Part shown: piece after piece, positions 63,193-64,000 of the stretch
How positions within the stretch are numbered: position 1 is the stretch's first letter
Layout of the letters: each line of letters starts with the position of its first letter
Source of the DNA: Chloroflexota bacterium
Lineage (GTDB): Bacteria > Chloroflexota > UBA11872 > VXOZ01
Reading direction: 5' to 3'
DNA: 64,000 nucleotides
NCBI GenBank assembly: GCA_965207135.1
Contig: OZ242272.1
Coordinates: 2,682,275 to 2,746,274, forward strand
Position numbers and translations under genes: made by a program
Notes under the pieces: model-generated
What the model was told of the DNA's origin: nothing
Database searches by the model: none
What the model saw: only the letters and a program-made list of their open reading frames with translations

Positions 63193-63909
63193 TTATTCTG
63201 CTTCCGCGCCAATTGCCGCACCTGTTCGCAGCGGCTGCGCGGCAGCCAAGAACTCGTCCGACGTAATGGTTCCCGCGATGTCTCGCAACTCGTAGTCGTG
63301 GATCGCAATGGTGGTGCAGAGGAGACCGTCAATCGTTTCGCTCGTTTCTATGCCGGTTGTACAATCGCGCAGCAGCACAAGCCCATAGCCGCGTTCGCGC
63401 ATGGCAAGCATGCCGTAGTCCCGATGCGGCACGCACAAGTTGGTGGCAAAACCCACGTATAATAAGTAGAGTATTTTGCGGTGGGCGCAAAGTCGGTGGA
63501 GTTGCTGACCGTTGGCGATCACAAAGTCGTCCGGCTGCGGAAAGACCGATTCGTCGATGTAGCGGTCGTGGTTGATTTGTTCGATCTCATCGGCCCAAGT
63601 ATCCGTACGGTCCACGCGCAGGTTTGCCCATTCCCCTCTGCGTTTGGCAAAGTCCTCCGGCGGCCAAGACGGCGCGGCTTGCGGTTCGGATGCTAGCTCA
63701 CTGTCGCCTGCATAGCGGAGCCACTGGGGGAATTTATGTGCCACGCTTGGCGAAGGCGCATGGATCACCGTAATACCAAGGTCGCGGCAAGCGTCAAGCA
63801 CCGGCGCAATGCGCTCACGGCAAATCCGGCCGGTCCGTTCCACGTGGCTTGCGGTTATGTGTATATCCCAGCAATCGACAAGGACAATCCCGGCCTGCTC
63901 CGGCGGCAC
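63193..63909 (-). CDS. Isochorismatase-like cysteine hydrolase
   Basis: GIVLVDCWD. LLYVGFATNLCVPHRDYGMLAMRERGYGLVLLRDCT (catalytic Cys context). The frame stays open upstream to the window end, so the true start may lie beyond nt 64000. Confidence 0.6.
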   Translation of the reverse strand: MPPEQAGIVLVDCWDIHITASHVERTGRICRERIAPVLDACRDLGITVIHAPSPSVAHKFPQWLRYAGDSELASEPQAAPSWPPEDFAKRRGEWANLRVDRTDTWADEIEQINHDRYIDESVFPQPDDFVIANGQQLHRLCAHRKILYLLYVGFATNLCVPHRDYGMLAMRERGYGLVLLRDCTTGIETSETIDGLLCTTIAIHDYELRDIAGTITSDEFLAAAQPLRTGAAIGAEAE

Positions 63910-64000
63910 TGAGAGATCATTGAAGCGATAGCCGAAATTCTCTTCACGAAACGCAAGGCCGGGCGCGGTGGGTTCGTGGACGATATGCCGTGTTGAAATC

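Noticed and set aside
1-64000. tRNA (including tRNA-Sec), rRNA, CRISPR, transposase and integrase genes.
   Set aside because: I scanned spacers for T-loop-like GTTCRANYC contexts with matching stems, for repeat-spacer arrays, and for DDE, tyrosine or serine recombinase motifs in the ORFs. I found none. This is a by-eye negative, not a covariance-model search.

Overview
A 64-kb stretch of a high-GC bacterial chromosome. Sampled 60-nt lines hand-count to about 58-62% GC. The gene content has a Chloroflexota-like flavour, but I cannot establish taxonomy from this window. I support about 56 protein-coding genes, tightly packed on both strands. Most are housekeeping or metabolic: topA, rmuC, rlmB, nfo, tsaC, proA, dcd, class II RNR nrdJ, a proVWX-type betaine transporter, a MacAB/HlyD-type exporter, a sulfatase/amidohydrolase cluster and a two-component cluster. 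I recognised no rRNA, tRNA, CRISPR array, transposase or integrase. Five things stand out. (1) A compositionally distinct island of about 48% GC at about 33.45-37.4 kb encodes a SIR2-family (NADase-type motifs) protein followed by a highly regular TPR protein. Next to it lie an orphan Phd/VapB antitoxin and a decayed vapC stub. This is my best candidate for an uncharacterised defence or conflict module. (2) A translationally coupled minus-strand operon encodes a double AAA+ (AAA_5/MoxR-like) ATPase, a CobT/NorD-like acidic-linker VWA protein and a polytopic membrane protein. A perfect 17-bp inverted repeat sits in its leader. Its function is unknown. (3) Two genes are missed or split by the ORF track because they carry an in-frame TGA exactly at a conserved redox Cys position: an OsmC-like protein and a SelW-like CxxU protein. 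Each has a small hairpin just downstream, so both are candidate selenoproteins. (4) Two families of short GC-rich hairpin repeats (REP/MITE-like) occur in several intergenic regions. One is embedded in frame, as a 21-bp tandem, inside a DUF185 methyltransferase gene. (5) A consensus sigma70 promoter with NrdR-box-like palindromes lies upstream of nrdJ. All functional calls come from motif recognition by eye. No searches were run.
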